From a virus (Duplodnaviria > Caudoviricetes): a DNA stretch of 29,878 bases. Shown one piece after another: positions 28,105 through 29,878 of the stretch. Position 1 is the stretch's first letter; each line of letters begins with the position of its first letter. The stretch spans positions 1 through 29,878 of IMG/VR virus record IMGVR_UViG_3300032221_000051. One strand, 5' to 3'. The notes under the pieces were generated by a model. The model saw only the letters and a program-made list of their open reading frames with translations. It searched no databases and was not told the origin of the DNA. The position numbers were made by a program, and so were the translations under genes.

Positions 28105-29763
28105 TTACGCTCCGCTACTCGTGCTATTAGCTCCAAGCGCTGACATCAGGCCTGATACGTTCTTGTTAGTTTGAACAGTATTATAAGTGTTACCGGCATA
28201 TGTTCCAGTTGTATTACCAGTACTTTGAGGAGCATTATAATTACCACCAGAGCCTTGGTTACCACCACCACCGCCGCCTTGATTACCACCACCTCCTCCA
28301 CCACCGCCTTTATTACCAAACTTGCTAAGCATTCCAGTAATATTATTAATTCCACCGAGGTTCATAAACTGATTAGAACCGAATGCACCATTAGCTATAT
28401 TCTGTATTTTGCCAAGTGGACCCATATTCTTGGTAAAGTCTTGGTTTGTCTTCATAGCTTTTTCCATGTCCAATACCGACTTGCTTTCGTTATTAGCTAA
28501 GTCGTTTTGCTGAAACTTCTGAAGCATCTGCTGTAATAATTGGATGAACTGTTGCATATTACTATTATTGCCGCCATTGTTTCCAGAGCCTTTACCAAGA
28601 GCATTATCTTGTCCTCTGGTTTGGACAGCTACAGTAGTAGTTCCTAATATAGCATCAAGAATAGCTGCAGTAAGAGTGCGCTGAATAAAATATGGTTCAA
28701 GTTGAGCAGACAAACTTAATGTAGCAGTTCCTAATATCTCTTCAGTTGCTGATGAATAGAAGTAGTTGTCTTTAGCTGCATTTCTAACCCAGACAGTCTT
28801 AGCCGTATTTTTTGCAGCTAGATTTTCTTGAATAGCCGTATTAGCATAGTAGTATTCTGGTGGTTGTGCATTATACTGTGTCCAACCAGGATAAGGATCT
28901 GTATTAGGATTATTATAATACACTCTATAATAAGAGTCTGGAATACTTGCGTAATTGGGCAATGGATATGGAGGTATTCTATCTGTGTAATCGATACTCT
29001 CAAACTTATATAAAGCTAAAGTATCCGGGCCATATGTTACAGCGTTATCTAAAAGCAATGCTACTGCATTCTTAGTAACTACTTGATTGGCTGGCGACAT
29101 TACGTTAATATACGTCCCGCGTAATGCGTTGAACAATACTTCAATTACCAATGGAAAACCAAGTTTAGCGGCCAAATAACAAAACGCATTACCTAATGCA
29201 TTTGTTACAGTATCATTGTTAGTTCCTAAAGTGTAGTCAGAACCGCCACTTCCACCACCGCCGCCGCCTCCGCCGCCTCCATATCCTCCACCGCCGCCGC
29301 CACCGCCGCCAGAGAAGTTTAATATATCGCGAACTTGTTGAAGCTTCTGAAACATCTGTGGAAGCTTCTGCATCTGTTTATCTGGGTCAACTTTCTGATC
29401 TAATTCAGGAAGCTTAGTCATGTCGTTGTCAGCAGCAATAGTAGGCACGTCTTTCTTAGGTGCAAACATATCATTAACATCCGACATCTTCATCGCACTG
29501 TCAGACATTACCGCTGGAGGATTACCAAACTTGATATCATCTTTCGCACTTATCTTTGGAGCTTCGCCCTGAAGTGCTAACAGATTATTGTAGATGGTTT
29601 TCCCTTCGTCGAGCATAGGAATGCCATCGCCACCACCACCAGACTGGTCTACTTGCCCTTCTTTAGTGCTGCTATTTCCAGGATTGTCGATGCCAGGATG
29701 ATCAATTTTATCGCCGCCTGATTGCTGGTCAGGTTGCCTCTTTACGCCGTCTTGTGTTGCCAT
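28105..29763 (-). CDS. Hypothetical Gly/Gln/Asn-rich protein in the gp5 locus
   Basis: 552-aa ORF coupled to both neighbours, with two long poly-Gly tracts; no catalytic motif recognised. Confidence 0.75.
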   Translation of the reverse strand: MATQDGVKRQPDQQSGGDKIDHPGIDNPGNSSTKEGQVDQSGGGGDGIPMLDEGKTIYNNLLALQGEAPKISAKDDIKFGNPPAVMSDSAMKMSDVNDMFAPKKDVPTIAADNDMTKLPELDQKVDPDKQMQKLPQMFQKLQQVRDILNFSGGGGGGGGGYGGGGGGGGGGSGGSDYTLGTNNDTVTNALGNAFCYLAAKLGFPLVIEVLFNALRGTYINVMSPANQVVTKNAVALLLDNAVTYGPDTLALYKFESIDYTDRIPPYPLPNYASIPDSYYRVYYNNPNTDPYPGWTQYNAQPPEYYYANTAIQENLAAKNTAKTVWVRNAAKDNYFYSSATEEILGTATLSLSAQLEPYFIQRTLTAAILDAILGTTTVAVQTRGQDNALGKGSGNNGGNNSNMQQFIQLLQQMLQKFQQNDLANNESKSVLDMEKAMKTNQDFTKNMGPLGKIQNIANGAFGSNQFMNLGGINNITGMLSKFGNKGGGGGGGGNQGGGGGGNQGSGGNYNAPQSTGNTTGTYAGNTYNTVQTNKNVSGLMSALGANSTSSGA

Positions 29764-29878
29764 TAGTCACTCTTATCATAATCACCGCGCGCGATTGAAC
29801 CCATCACGATCGGATATAGTTTCGCAGTATCATCAGGATGATACATGACTATCACTCTAGAACCAGCGACGAGCCCAG
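29763..29878 (-). CDS. 3' end of a gp5 N-terminal OB-fold ORF (partial)
   Basis: Hand translation of 29876-29763 gives GLVAGSRVIVMYHPDDTAKLYPIVMGSIARGDYDKSD*, matching the end of the gp5/VgrG OB-fold (G..G..V...F.D.....P.I.G.I). TAATG overlap with the next ORF. Confidence 0.7.
   Translation of the reverse strand, partial: GLVAGSRVIVMYHPDDTAKLYPIVMGSIARGDYDKSD

Noticed and set aside
28104-28136. Track start of the spike ORF at 28136 (MELIARV...)
   Set aside because: It overlaps the upstream gene. The ATG at 28103 has a GGAG SD and directly follows the upstream stop.
2-29013. Plus-strand ORFs and short alternative-frame minus-strand ORFs in the track (e.g. 1920-2315, 4254-4643, 8913-9341, 21874-22254)
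   Set aside because: They overlap well-supported minus-strand genes and show no recognisable motifs; treated as shadow ORFs.
1-29878. Stop-codon reassignment, introns, inteins or tRNAs
   Set aside because: Genes are full length in the standard code with very small gaps, and no such motifs were noticed by eye.

Overview
This window is the virion-structural region of a T4-like myovirus. All credible genes lie on the minus strand, tightly packed, several with TAATG stop/start overlaps. In transcription order it holds: the end of a gp5 OB-fold ORF, a 552-aa Gly/Gln-rich unknown, a gp5 C-terminal spike ORF, gp25, gp6, gp7 (with a large internal duplication), a gp9/gp10-like protein, gp8, a 1931-aa VrlC/DUF4815-like protein, small structural proteins and fibres, a 1496-aa repeat-rich fibre with an Mtd-like N-terminus, an S74-chaperone fibre, a Gly-rich gp38-like adhesin, a hypothetical protein, a cytochrome P450, a 2OG-Fe(II) dioxygenase, gp13, gp14 and the start of gp15. 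The main surprise is an apparently intact phage-encoded cytochrome P450. It overlaps a TIGR02466-type 2OG-Fe(II) oxygenase in an AT-richer cassette between the receptor-binding genes and the neck genes, and is a candidate virion- or adhesin-modifying oxidative system. Also notable are a gp5 split around an unknown Gly-rich gene, N-x-S/T sequon enrichment in outer virion proteins, and a T4-type late promoter inside a hairpin covering the gp13 start codon. All family assignments come from motif recognition by eye; no searches were run.
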